A stretch of DNA of 39,253 nucleotides from Eledone cirrhosa. Its lineage: Eukaryota. The position numbers and the translations under genes are program-made. Of this stretch, positions 1 to 14,605 are shown one piece after another (position 1 is the first letter of the stretch; every line of letters begins with the position of its first letter). The stretch covers positions 1 through 39,253 of the forward strand of contig CAXHJY010000393.1 in the NCBI GenBank assembly GCA_964016885.1, written 5' to 3'. The notes below the pieces were generated by a model that was not told the origin of the DNA, did not search any database, and saw nothing but the letters and a program-made list of their open reading frames with translations.

Positions 1-3
1 ATC

Positions 4-49
<46 letters not shown>

Positions 50-50
50 C
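1..50. repeat. (ATC)n microsatellite
   Basis: Direct reading. Confidence 0.95.
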
Positions 51-484
51 AACAACGAGAACAAAATCTATATCACAATCACACATGCTTCTGGTGCAAT
101 CCTATGTTTTACTGCACCGTATATTTTATGCATGCAGTCACGATCTATGCCAATGATGTTGCTGTTGCATTAGCGACTTGCAAAAAATCATTGCAATGTG
201 CTTAACTGCACCAGTGCATGTGCGTGACAAGTTATGAAGCTTTGCTAATTGTTTCTTAGAAGGAACCGGAAGTATAGAAATACCATCGCCACTTCCTTCC
301 CATCTCCTCGCCGCCACCCCACCTCCCTCACATGCCCTATCTCTTTTTCTCTCTCCACACTCCCCCCATACTTTCTCACTCTCTCTCTCTCTCTCTCACA
401 TACACACACGCCCATACGCACACACACATTATATATATATATACATATACACACCATGTGTGCACTCACATCTATAAATACAAA

Positions 485-539
<55 letters not shown>

Positions 540-649
540 ATATATATACACACATGTATGCACACACAAAAATAAATACATATATATATTGCACACACAC
601 ACACACGTGTGTGTGTGTGTGTATTTTTACAGGCATCTTTGATGACAAT

Positions 650-757
650 AATAATAATCATTGTTTCTACTTTTGGGACAGGCCAGCTATTACCCCAGTG
701 TATTACTTGGTACTTTATTTTATCGACCCCGTAAGGATGAAAGGCAAAGTTAACCTC
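650..757 (-). mobile_element. 3' fragment of tRNA-derived SINE (family A, octopus-type)
   Basis: Contains ggtactttattttatcgaccccgtaaggatgaaaggcaaagttaacctc, the reverse complement of the body of the full copy at 30241-30430; ends in an (AAT)n tail. Confidence 0.9.
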
Positions 758-1520
758 TTGTCATCAAAGATGCTTGTAAAAATACACACCACACATATAT
801 ACATATCGTGTGTGTGTGTGTGTGTGTTGTGTGTGTGTGAGTGTGTGTGTGTGTGTGAGCAATATATATATGTATTTACTTTTGTGTGTGCATACATGTG
901 TGTATATATATATGTGTGTGTTTGTGTGTGTATATATATATATATAATGTGTATTTGTAGTTATAAAAATAATAATAATGTTATGATAAACGAGGCAGTA
1001 AGACTTTATTGTTGTCAATATCTATCTTGATTGTTTTTGTGGTTGTTGTACACAAAGACGTGACCCACCCTCACAGCTATATATATACATAATCACCCCC
1101 GCCTAGCCACAGACACCACTCATTTCTAGAGCCATCTAGGCCTTAAAATCCACTACTCTCGATCTACAACTACTCACCAAATATTTGATCAACTGCACAT
1201 ATTTACTGGAAATTTAATAGCACCTGTCAATTTTAGTTCGTCAAACACTTGACAGTCATTTTCTTTCTATGTCACGTTTCTATTATTTGGGATCCATCAA
1301 CCGGTTTTCGCTTTCTGTGTTTAAAAGCCCTCGTCACTGCTCTGATAATGCAACATTTGTGTTTCGAGTCGAATAAATTATTAAGCACCAACGTCAGTTG
1401 TGATGGCTTCTCTTATCTCCTGGTATGTTTGGCGGAGAATAAATATAAGAATTAATTTACCATACGTTCTGGTCAACTATATTTTTATATGTACAGTCCT
1501 CAAACTAACACAGAGAATGA

Positions 1521-1522
<2 letters not shown>

Positions 1523-1551
<29 letters not shown>

Positions 1552-1595
1552 TGTATGTATGTATGTATGTATGTATGTATGTATGTATGTATGTG

Positions 1596-1627
<32 letters not shown>

Positions 1628-1631
1628 TGTA

Positions 1632-1702
<71 letters not shown>

Positions 1703-1706
1703 ATGT
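1523..1706. repeat. Compound (TATG)n/(TG)n microsatellite
   Basis: Direct reading. Confidence 0.95.
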
Positions 1707-2707
1707 AAAGAGAGAAGAACAAATAGATATAGAGAGAGATCTAGAAAGGGAGAAAGATGTAAGTGAGATACTGATATGCATATAGATATATCAATTTGTA
1801 TTTTTAATCGTGTATGTGATCAAGTATGTGTATATATAGGTATCTATGAATATGTGCGTCCTGGATATCTGGCTTCGAATATGTAATAATGTATATATCA
1901 GAATACATTGACACATACATATATATATATATATATACACACACACATTCACATATGTATATATATTTATATATATATATATATTTATTTATGTATGTAT
2001 TTATGTATGTATGTATATATATGTGTGTATGTGTATACATATATATTTCACTATTTACGTAGTTACCTCTATATCTACATGTCTCTCTCTCTACATGTTT
2101 ATACATACACAGCATGCGCACATACACACGCACTCACTTACACACAGATACACATAAACGTAGTCACATATACAGAAGCACCTGCATATTGATTTACATA
2201 CACATAGATAAAAAAAATTGACTGTCTTTGTGCGAGCGTGCTAAATCCTTTGAACTGCTTTCTGCCTCTCATAGTTTTGGAGTAGGTTTTGCGGAAAATA
2301 TTTAAACAAACAAGTTATAAGATAAAAACATAAACCAAAAAGCCCCCCCCCCAACCCAACCTGAAAAGAGACCAAAAAAAATAAATGAAAAAAATCCCAA
2401 ACAACAAACTAAAGAAAAATAAGCCATCCCCATCGCCCACCCGTTAAATAAAATAGCGGAAACCATATCAAAAACAAAAAAGAGGGGACGAAAAAAACAA
2501 TAAAACAATAATACCTCTTAAATAAGACACACAGACACATGCACACGCACGCATATACACATACATGTACACACAAGAAAAACAAACATACTCACAAACA
2601 AAACAAATATGGTGTTTATAATGTGTGAGAATTTCTGCTTCTACGTTTTCAGCCATATTGGTTTGTCCTGTTAATGTAGTTATATCATTACATGAAAAAA
2701 AAAAAAG

Positions 2708-3802
<1,095 letters not shown>

Positions 3803-4191
3803 CTATATGTATGCGTGTGTTTATGTCTATGAGCGTGTTTGTGTGTATAGACAGATTCAGAAATATAGATAAACGGGGAAATTGAAAATTCGCTTTATGT
3901 ACTCCTGATCAATTTGCGTATGAGTATGTCTAAGTGTAGACGTGTATGGTTGTGTTTTATGTGTCTTGTATATGTGTATAAAGATCGATATATATATATG
4001 TATACACACACACATTACACACACACACACGCATATATATATATATATAAAATGTACATTGGACACAGAAACACATACGTTCATACTGTACTATCACACA
4101 CACAAACACTCATGTATATATATACATACATACACACACACATATATATATATATATATAAACGTATATATATAAACGTATATATATATAC

Positions 4192-4222
<31 letters not shown>

Positions 4223-4223
4223 C

Positions 4224-4291
<68 letters not shown>

Positions 4292-4373
4292 GTTTATATA
4301 TATACATAAACACAAATAGATCAAACATGCATGTATATTTGCACACATGCTTATTGCTAAACTCAGTTGTGTG

Positions 4374-4404
<31 letters not shown>

Positions 4405-4441
4405 GTAAAAGGTAAACAGAAATAACAACACAATCGGTACA

Positions 4442-4504
<63 letters not shown>

Positions 4505-4772
4505 TGTGTGTGTTTATAATATGCAGCTTTTGCATCGTAGATAACTCAGCTTTATTTACATTGCCTCTTCCTCCATATTGAGTGACTTTTCATTTCACCT
4601 TCCGCTCACCCCTTTCTGATGTTGCAAACAATTTGCATAGCACATTTCCTCTCTTGAAATCACATACGTTTTGAAAGTAGGCACTGGAACCATTCAGCTT
4701 GTTCAGATACTTGAAATAAAACTTCGATTGAAAATAATATGTAATGTTATCTCTTTCTCTTAATTTCGAGTA

Positions 4773-5307
4773 TATTTTTTTGACCGGCCACCTTCCTGGT
4801 GGCAAGGTTGTAAAAGAAAAGAAATTGTCATCCCTTGAATCTCAAGAATGTTTTGCAAATTTTGAAGGTGCCAGCTATCGCAACCATTTGTAGACTATGA
4901 ATTAGGGAGCTGCGCTCTTTGTCCGCAAATCAAAGTTCAGTCATACTTTGGTCCAAGCGGCTGGTATATAACCCGTAGCTCCAATAATGATGGGTATGAA
5001 GTTAAAGGTGTATCTTGGATACTAGATTTGTAAACTCCTCATCAATGGTCCTCCTTCTCCTGTATTTTTCTGACAACGTTTACATCAAGTGGGCAGCTGA
5101 TCTCCACAACAGAACACGTTTTGAATGTGTGGTTCCAAACAACAATATCAGGCCGGTTGTGCTTTAATTTGGTGGCAGTTTTTATTTTCAGGTTCCACCA
5201 GTATTCCTTAGTGCCATCTGTCTCAATATATTCTTCCTCGTTTGTTGTTAATTTTGTTTTCCGAAGTGCGTTCCAGATGGTTCTAGCTATCCCATCGTGT
5301 CTCATAA
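4773..5307 (-). mobile_element. 3' fragment of non-LTR retrotransposon with restriction-like endonuclease (R4/Dong-like), decayed
   Basis: Translates to RHD...KHNRPDIVVW...VVEISCP...KE (PD..(D/E)xK RLE). Continues after stop/frameshift as YPRYTFNFIPIIIGATG...LQMVAIAGTFKICKTFLRFKG* (stop 4828-4830), then a short 3' UTR and A-rich end. Confidence 0.85.
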
Positions 5308-5424
5308 TGTATGTATGTATGTATGTATGTATGTATGTATGTATGTATGTATGTATGTATGTATGTATGTATGTATGTATGTATGTATGTATGTATGTAT
5401 GTATGTATGTATGTATGTATGTAT
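5308..5424. repeat. (TATG)n microsatellite
   Basis: Direct reading; separates two head-to-head retroelement pieces. Confidence 0.95.
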
Positions 5425-5426
5425 AT

Positions 5427-5850
5427 GTCAGGTCACCAGTTGGTGCTACTGGTAACGTGTATCCCAGTACAACCTGTCTCATGGTCGGGTTGTGGGCGAC
5501 TAAACTGGCAACCCCACCAAGGTTTCTTGGTGAGGAGGGTGACTTTGGACATCCTGCAGGACTAAAAACAAAACCTGTCAAAGGGCAAAGGAGCTCTTAA
5601 CAGTCAATGGCCATCCAAAATCACCGGGAGAGATAACCTCTTAGCCTTTGTCAAGGCAGAATTCTAGGAGAAGGAAAACTCTGATATAACACCTGCAACC
5701 CTGATGGTATCCAATGATGTTGACTTGTTCTTCTTTTTGGTAAATATCATCCTGGTTAAGAGAAAGTCACACTTGTTCAGCGCATCGGTAGGGGTTCTCC
5801 TACATGGATATAAAATAGTGGCCGTACTCGAAAATGAGTTGGCAGTCACC
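5427..5850 (+). mobile_element. Non-autonomous bipartite RTE-derived element (family X), copy 1: longest 5' end, internal deletion
   Basis: Near-identical to 15404-15807 over the shared parts but lacks about 185 bp between ggttaagag and aaagtcacac; same 3' end ggcag(t/c)cacc + atgtatg. Confidence 0.8.
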
Positions 5851-5857
5851 ATGTATG

Positions 5858-5895
<38 letters not shown>

Positions 5896-6257
5896 TGTAT
5901 GTGTATGTGTGTGGGTGTGTATGTGTATGTGCGTATGTGTGTGTGTATGTATGTATGTGTGTATGTATGCATGTATTTATGCTTATACGTGTGTGTGTAT
6001 ATATATGTATGTATTTATGCTTATAGGTGTGTGTATATATGTGTGCATATATGTATGTATGTATGTAATTATGCTTATATAGCTCTCACTAACCTTTCTG
6101 TCTTGCCTTGCTCTGTGTGTTAATGTGTGCATATATATATATATCAATGTATACATGTATGTCTAAATATATAGATCATATGTATATATATATATTAATA
6201 TATATATATTTATAATATATATGAGTAAATATATATAATATATATATATAAATAAAA

Positions 6258-6349
<92 letters not shown>

Positions 6350-6968
6350 AAGATCGGAATTAAGAGTATTCCGCAGTTCACTGTAATAATAATAATAGTA
6401 TTAGCTCAAAGAAGAAGAGAGAATTTTCTTCTGAGCTCAAATGCAAATATATTACACAAAGAGAAGTGTGTTACACAGTGACATGTGTGTAAAGAATTAT
6501 TACAAGTGAGTTTTACCGTATGAAAGTAGCTATAGTTAAGACTGTGATAATGAACCACTAAACTCCTCCAGGCACACACACAGACAGACATACATGTATA
6601 GAGGCACTCTCTCTCTCTCACACACACGCACACCTATATACATAAAAACAGAGACACACACACATTCTCTCTCTTTCAGACAGTCTCACACATTTATTCA
6701 TAACGTTATATCCGTGTTCATGCTGACATTTTGGTTTCTGCCGAAGGAATTGTTAACAGTTGAGAGACTTATCACTATTGCGTCAGCTAAGCTCTAGTTT
6801 TTTAACATAGGCTTCATTAAAAAAAAAAAAAGATTCTCGTTGGGGTTAAATGTGTAACGAGACAGCACCGAATTTCTTCCTTACCCAATGGGAATTACGA
6901 AGTTGTGGCAGATTACCAAGCTGCAATTCTCCCCCCCCCCCTCTCTCTCACACATGCACTCACAAGTA

Positions 6969-7023
<55 letters not shown>

Positions 7024-7721
7024 ATGCACTCACAAGTGCATTCAGACACACACGCGCACACATACACTCTCACAAGCATTCAGAAACGCATACACGCATT
7101 CATACGTACATTCACACACACTCATGTACATTCACACACGCATACTCATTCAAGCTTACACCCACTCATACGTACACACACACACATACACGCACACATA
7201 CACACACACACAATCATACACACGCACACACACATATACACGCATGTACATACACGCACATACACACGTAGGAATATATTTTTAAAAAATAGCAAAGATT
7301 GTAAAAAATCCTTTATTAATTTACACATTACGTCAACCAAGCTCTATTTTCTGAACAGCTAAAGGCAGCATATTTTGAAACCATATTCTCGGGAGAGTAC
7401 AATGTGTAATGATCCAGAACCGAATCTGTTCGTTACCCTACGGTGCTGAATTACGAAGTGGTGGTATATTCTTGCACACAGACAGTCACATATACACATG
7501 TACACATATACACATGTACACATGTACACATGTATGTAGTCATATATTTAAAATATAGCACTTAACACACACGCAATCCTCCCCTCCATACACACATATG
7601 CATGCCTACACATGCACACATGTTTGTCAGTATGTATTAAAAATAACACATAACACACACACTCTCTCACACACACATACACACACATGTACATACACAC
7701 TTATGCAGGTTTATATTAAAT

Positions 7722-7928
7722 AATGGTTTCTTATATAGGCACAAGGCCAGCAATTTTGGGGGAGGGAAAGTCGATTAAATCGACCTCAGTGCGTGACTGG
7801 TACTTTACTTTATCGACCCCGAATGAAAGGCAAAGTAACCTCGGCGGGATTTGAACCCAGAACGTAAAGGGACATAACTCTATGCCGCAGAGCATATTGT
7901 CCAACACTCCACCGATGCTGCCAGTCCA
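7722..7928 (-). mobile_element. tRNA-derived SINE family A
   Basis: Reverse-complement B box (ggatttgaac), conserved body tatcgacccc...aaaggcaaagt, tail. Confidence 0.9.
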
Positions 7929-7931
7929 ATA

Positions 7932-8153
7932 TAATGATTTCTACTATAGGCACAAGGCCAGCAATTTTGAGAGGAGGGGAAAGTTGATTAAATTGACCCC
8001 AGTACGTGACTGGTACTTTATTTTATCGACCTTGTAAGAATGAAAGGCAAACTAACCTCGGGGGGATTTGAACTCAGAATGTAAAGGGCTGTAACTCTGT
8101 ATCGCGAAGCAAGATGTCCGACGCTCTACCAATTCTGCCAATCCACCTCCCTT
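7932..8153 (-). mobile_element. tRNA-derived SINE family A (near full length)
   Basis: Same body; head ccaattctgccaatccacctccc; B box ggatttgaac. Confidence 0.9.
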
Positions 8154-8167
8154 AGGTATATATTAAA

Positions 8168-8342
8168 TAATTGTTTCTATTTTTGGCATAAGGCCAGCAA
8201 TTAACCCAGTGCATTACTGGTACTTTATTGAATCGACCCCCGTAAGGATGAAAGGCAAAGTTAACCTCGGCGGGATTTGAACTCAGATCGTAAAGGGGCG
8301 TAACTCTCTGCTACAAAGCATGGCGTCCGAACGATACTGCAA
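8168..8342 (-). mobile_element. tRNA-derived SINE family A
   Basis: Same body and B box as neighbours. Confidence 0.9.
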
Positions 8343-9449
8343 CACACGTACGCACACTCACACACTCACACACACATGTACATACACATTCATACAGGTA
8401 TATATTAAATAATAGTACATAACACAGACACATACACACGTATATACATTCATCATCACACATGTATAGCGGTATGTATTAAAAAAATATAGCACTTAGA
8501 CTGATCAGTTGATCCCCGTTAACAAGTCCGATATTTTCAATGAATTTCACCGGGTGATCTCCTCATTAGTTCTAACACATTTTAATCTTAGAAAACAAAT
8601 AATAATTAAAAGGAACAACAACATCAGAAAAACCAAAGAAGAAGAACAACAAACATCTATATATAAATTTGAGCAATTTCCGTCCGTCACACAATGTGTG
8701 AGTGTGTGTAAGTGTGTGTGCGCGTGTGTGTGAGTGTGTGCGAATGTGTGTGTTTGTGTGAATGTGTGTGTGGGTGTGTGTGTTTGTCTGAATATATGTG
8801 TGTTTGTCTGAATGTAGGTGTGTGTGTGTGTGTGTGTGAATGCATGTGTGTGTTTGTGTGAATGCATGTGTGTGTTTGTGTGAATGCATGTGTGTGTTTG
8901 TGTGAATGTATGTGTGTGTTTGTGTGAATTGTATGTGTCTGTTGGTGTGAATGTATGTGTGTGTGTTTGTGTGTGTTTGTGTGAATGTATGTGTGTGTTG
9001 TATTTGTGTGAGTGTATATGTGTTTGTGGGAATGTAGGTGTGTGTTTGTGTAAATGTATGTGTGAATGTATGTGTGTGTTTGTGTAAATGTATGTATGTG
9101 TGTATTTGTGTGAATGTATGTCTGCGAGTGCGTATTTTTTGTAAGCGTGTCTGTGTTTGCGTGTTTATATTTATATACTCATACATATAAATGTATGTAC
9201 ACACACACACACATACACACACACAGACACACATACACACAAAAAATTCTAGTAACAAATACAAAAAAAAGAAGCGTTAAAAATTACATTGATGAACGCT
9301 GAAGTTTTAATTGAAATTAATCAAAATAAATAAATAAATAATCATATAAATAAATAAATGAATAAATAAATAAATAAATATATAACTTCATGCAAAAATG
9401 TAAACAAATAAATAAATATATAACTTAATGTAAAAATAGAAACAAATAA

Positions 9450-9515
<66 letters not shown>

Positions 9516-10094
9516 CTTAATGTAAAAATGTAAACAAATGAATATATATATATATATAACTTAATGTAAAAATGTAAACAAATGAATATATATATAACTT
9601 AATGAATATAGAAATAATTATGAATAGGCAAAGTCGAAAATATGAACAACTGTGCCACAAAACCGATAAATTGATTTGAAAAATCTATTGAAGGCATTGA
9701 AGAGATTGCATATAGTTTGACAGTTCCGGACTCTAGATAAAGGTTTATTGTAAAAAGTGTAGGAATTAGGAGTATTATGATAGGAATAATTAAATGAAAA
9801 TAAATATATGAATATATATGTACATATATGTATATGTATATATATGTATATGTATATATGTATATATATATATATATGTATATGTATATATATATATATG
9901 TATATGTATATATATGTATATGGTTATATATATATATATATATATCTCCCCTTTCCGCTTGATGGCAGTGTGAGATTTCTCATTGAGACTGCTGGAATTT
10001 CAAATTTGGCGGTCATTCTAGCACGGAGGGGTACCATCGCTGAACATTAATATCGGTAAGGTTTTTTTTTTTTTATATTGATATTTGTCGGGCA

Positions 10095-10216
10095 TCCACT
10101 GATGATTTATAAGTGCCCACCTACATATATTCCTACGGACTATGTGTAGGCTTCTACATAACCTGGACATTATTTTCCCAATTTGTAGAAAACTTATAAT
10201 GAAACGATCGTTTGGA
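10095..10216 (+). ncRNA. Type I hammerhead ribozyme with long branched stem II
   Basis: Stem I UCCA/UGGA; CUGAUGA 10099-10105; stem II UUAUAAGU/ACUUAUAA; GAAA 10201-10204; palindromic stem III ACGAUCGU; GUU triplet (H17 at 10212). Confidence 0.8.
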
Positions 10217-10424
10217 AAGTGAGATGTATTTTAATTATGTCTCATATAAAATAATACAACTGGCTATCCGCAAAATACGTATAGTTAGCACCCCAAACCT
10301 ATAATTGGGATTATACTAAGGTATATCCTCATGTTTGTTGAGTGAGACGGAAGCCGGTCGGAGTATTGCTTAAAGCTTTCTCTGTTAATGTATTAAATAT
10401 ATATATATATATATATATATAAAG

Positions 10425-10504
<80 letters not shown>

Positions 10505-10837
10505 TATATATATATATATGTATATGTATATATGTACATGTGTATAGAAATATATGTTTATGTATATGTATATATATATGTATATGTATATATATGTATA
10601 TATATATGTATATGTACATATGTATATGTATATATGTATATTTATATGTATATATATATGTATATGTATGTTTATATATATATATGTATGTATATGTATG
10701 TATACGTGTATATATGAATATGTATATATATATATATGAATATGTATATATATATATATGAATATGTACATATATATATGAATATATATATATGAATATG
10801 TACATATATATATGAATATATATATATGTATATGTAC

Positions 10838-10869
<32 letters not shown>

Positions 10870-10971
10870 GTATGTATATGTACGTATATGTATATTTATA
10901 TATATATACACGCATACATACACACACAGCAACAAAGCAAGGGCAAGAAACTTAGTAGTAATAGTAATAAA

Positions 10972-11122
10972 AATGAATTCTAATTTTAGGCAGAAGGCCA
11001 GCAATTTTTTTTTTTGGTGGGGAGGAGGAAAATCGATTACGTCGGTCCCAGTATTTGACTGGTACTTAACTTTATCTACCTCCACAAAGCGGGATTTGAA
11101 TTCAGAACGTAGAAAGTGGTAA
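10972..11122 (-). mobile_element. Diverged SINE family A
   Basis: aaggccagcaattt...gactggtactt...gcgggatttgaattcagaacgta. Confidence 0.8.
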
Positions 11123-11387
11123 CGAAAGATGTTAATAAAAAGAAAAGATCATGGTGACGACGGCGAAGAAGAAAGACGATAAAACAGGAAGAAGAAGGAG
11201 GAGGAGAAGAAGGAAGATTATGATTTTGAATGTAAAGAAAAAAGAAAGATTATGGCGTCGTATAAGAAGATAGATGGTGAAGCATGAAGAAGCAGAAAAA
11301 ATATGGAGAAGAAAGAAAGTTGGTGAAGTAAGAAGAAGAATAAAAAATATGGAGATGAAAGAAAGATGGTGAAGTATGAAGAAGAAG

Positions 11388-11860
11388 AAATGTAAAGAAA
11401 AAGAACGATTATGGCGATGAAGAAGAAGAAGAAGAAAGACGATGAAGCATGAAAAAGAAGGAAGATTATGATGGAGAAATGTAAAGAAAAAGAAATTATG
11501 GCGATGAAGAAGAAGAAGAAGAAGAAAGACGATGAAGCATGAAAAAGAAGGAAGATTATGATGGAGAAATGTAAAGAAAAAGAACGATTATGGCGATGAA
11601 GAAGAAGAAGAAGAAAGACGATGAAGCATGAAAAAGAAGGAAGATTATGATGGAGAAATGTAAAGAAAAAGAACGATTATGGCGATGAAGAAGAAGAAGA
11701 AGAAAGACGATGAAGCATGAAAAAGAAGGAAGATTATGATGGAGAAATGTAAAGAAAAAGAACGATTATGGCGATGAAGAAGAAGAAGAAGAAAGACGAT
11801 GAAGCATGAAAAAGAAGGAAGATTATGATGGAGAAATGTAAAGAAAAAGAAACATCATGG
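11388..11860. repeat. 89-bp purine-rich minisatellite, about 5.3 near-identical copies
   Basis: aaatgtaaag recurs at 11388, 11477, 11567, 11656, 11745, 11834; degenerate units from about 11130. Confidence 0.95.
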
Positions 11861-12078
11861 CGACGAAGAAAACGGAAGATGATAGCGAAGAAGAATGACG
11901 ACGGAGAAGAAGAAGGGGGTAGAAGAAGGAGGAAGAAGGAGAACACTGAAGAAGGAAATCAAACGCGATATCCCTTAAATCCGCCTCTTAAATCTCACTG
12001 TAATGTGTAATGGCAATTAACAGATGTCAGGATAACATGGAATATAATAGAGGACATTATGAAAAGAAAACAAGAACA

Positions 12079-12134
<56 letters not shown>

Positions 12135-12139
12135 TTACG

Positions 12140-12223
<84 letters not shown>

Positions 12224-12301
12224 TACGCACACACACACACACACACATATATATACATATATAATATATATATATATATACTTACGCACATATACGTACA
12301 T

Positions 12302-12344
<43 letters not shown>

Positions 12345-12377
12345 CATATATAATATATATACTTACGCACATATACA

Positions 12378-12422
<45 letters not shown>

Positions 12423-12693
12423 GGTGGCTGCCAACTCGTTTTCGAGTACGGCCACTACTTTATATCCATGTAGGAGAACCCCTACCGATGCGCTGAACGA
12501 GTGTGACTTTTTAGTCCAGCCAGCGACTTGAAAACTCTGGTACAAACACTACACTTGTGACAATTACTGACACATAGTGCTGGGCCCATGGTACCATGTG
12601 ACGACAAGTGCAGAGAGATCTCCAGATATAAAGCAATGCCTGTGCCGTGAAGCTTTTATAGTGAGCAAAGGCACTGCACAAAGCCAGTCCCAC
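12423..12693 (-). mobile_element. Family X RTE-derived element, copy 2 (5'-truncated)
   Basis: Reverse complement of 15539-15807; flanked by (TA)n and CA/TA repeats. Confidence 0.9.
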
Positions 12694-14060
12694 ATATACA
12701 TATACATATATACATACGCACATATACATGCACACACATACACCTATATACACATATATACATATGCACATATACACGCATACACATACACATATATACA
12801 CACACGCACATATACACTCATACACATACACCTATACATACATATACATACACACGCGCATGTAAATGCACATACATGCACCTATACATACGTACACACG
12901 CACATACATCTACACATACATACAAATACACATGCATATATACATGCACACATATGTACCTACACCTACACATACATATTATACATACGTACAAATACAC
13001 ACGCACATATACACGCACGCACATACACCTACACGTACACATTATACCTACATAGAAATACACAGGCACATATACATGCACAGACACTCACACATGTACG
13101 TACACATGTATATGCACATACATATGCACACATACATGCAAATATACGCATATAGATAAACACATATACACACATGCACACATGTATGCATACACAAATA
13201 CATGCATATATATATATATACATACATATGCAAGCGCATATACACACATACAAATGTAAAAATACAAGCACATATATGCATATACATACACACACATACA
13301 CACATATATACATATATACACACACACATTCAAATGTAAAAATACAAGCACATATATACACATATATGTGCTCGTATTTATATATACAAGCACATATATG
13401 CATATATATATATATATACACGTACATACACACATACATATACATAAATACCACTCACACATCAATTCACATATACATACAAACATGCACATGCATACAC
13501 ACACTCACAAACACACAGATGAAAACACACACATACACACATACATACACAAAACACGGTTGCTCGACATTTAAAGATTAGTTTAGGAAAACGAAGGTTA
13601 AAACCGAAGAAAATAAAAAAAAAAATGGAAGGAAAATAAAAAAAAACCCCACAAAACATCAAAAACACATTAAAACAATTGAAATTCATGAAAAGCACAC
13701 CTTCACACATACATACGTTCACAAATCACACACACTCATACAAACAAACACATACACACACAAACACACACAGAGAACCAGAAATTAAAGTGCAAAGCGT
13801 TCATTAATTTATTTTAAAATAATTCTCGCCAACTTCCTTCTCCTACATCTTTAAGCATGCGTTTCAATGAATGAATTGTTAAGGTGTGGTAGATATTCTG
13901 GTGGTGGTGCTAGTAGTAGTATTATTAGTAGTAGTAGGTATTAGCAGCAGCAGCAGCAGTAGTAGTAGTAGGTAGTAGCAGTAGGTAGTAGCAGTAGTTA
14001 GTATTAACTAGGCTTGGCATGTAGTGTTTGCTAATATTGTGTGAAAAGAACGGAGGTGTG

Positions 14061-14293
14061 TTCACGTTGCTTCAGTTTACTCAGCTGTACAAATGAGTTG
14101 CGATGTCACTGGTGCCATATTGTATCGGTCTTTGCCTTTCCCTTGGACAACATCGGTGGCGCGGAGAGGAGAGACTGTTATGCATGGGCGACTGCTAGTC
14201 TTCTACAAACAACGATGCCCGGACTTGTGCTTAGGAGGGGAACTTTCTAGGTGCAAATCTTATGGTCATTCGTGACTGAAGGGGTCTTACCTT
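14061..14293 (+). mobile_element. Headless fragment of a second SINE family (octopus-type)
   Basis: ttcacgttgcttcagtttactcagctg... body and ...gactgaaggggtcttacctt tail, recognised by recall as an abundant cephalopod interspersed repeat; its start resembles the central part of 35365-35650. Confidence 0.6.
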
Positions 14294-14295
14294 CT

Positions 14296-14450
14296 ATTGG
14301 CAGTATCGTTAAAGTTTCAAACAAAAAGCTCTGCAGCATTTAATTAGGGCTCTTTACATTCTCAATTCAACTCCCACCGGGGTCAACTTTACTTTTTAAC
14401 CTTCCAGGGTCGATAAAATAAAGTACCAGTCCTGTTATGGGATCGATTCT
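14296..14450 (+). mobile_element. Diverged SINE family A
   Basis: A box tggcagtatcg; body gggtcgataaaataaagtaccagt. Confidence 0.8.
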
Positions 14451-14605
14451 TCTCCTATATCTTTTTCTCCCTTTCTCACTACCTCTTCATCTTTGGAAAA
14501 AATCGGTTGACTTCAGACCTGGAGAGAGGGTGGGCTCCGCTAAATTCAAGATGGCTAAATCACGCCGTATTTTGCTTATGCTATACATACATACATTCAT
14601 ACATT

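Noticed and set aside
4668-4709. 42-nt minus-strand micro-exon candidate (YLNKLNGSSAYFQN or SEQAEWFQCLLSK)
   Set aside because: Weak AAG acceptor and no recognisable homology; cannot be supported without RNA data
5042-5581. 179-aa ORF as a single gene
   Set aside because: Chimera of antisense family X, (CATA)n and the RLE fragment
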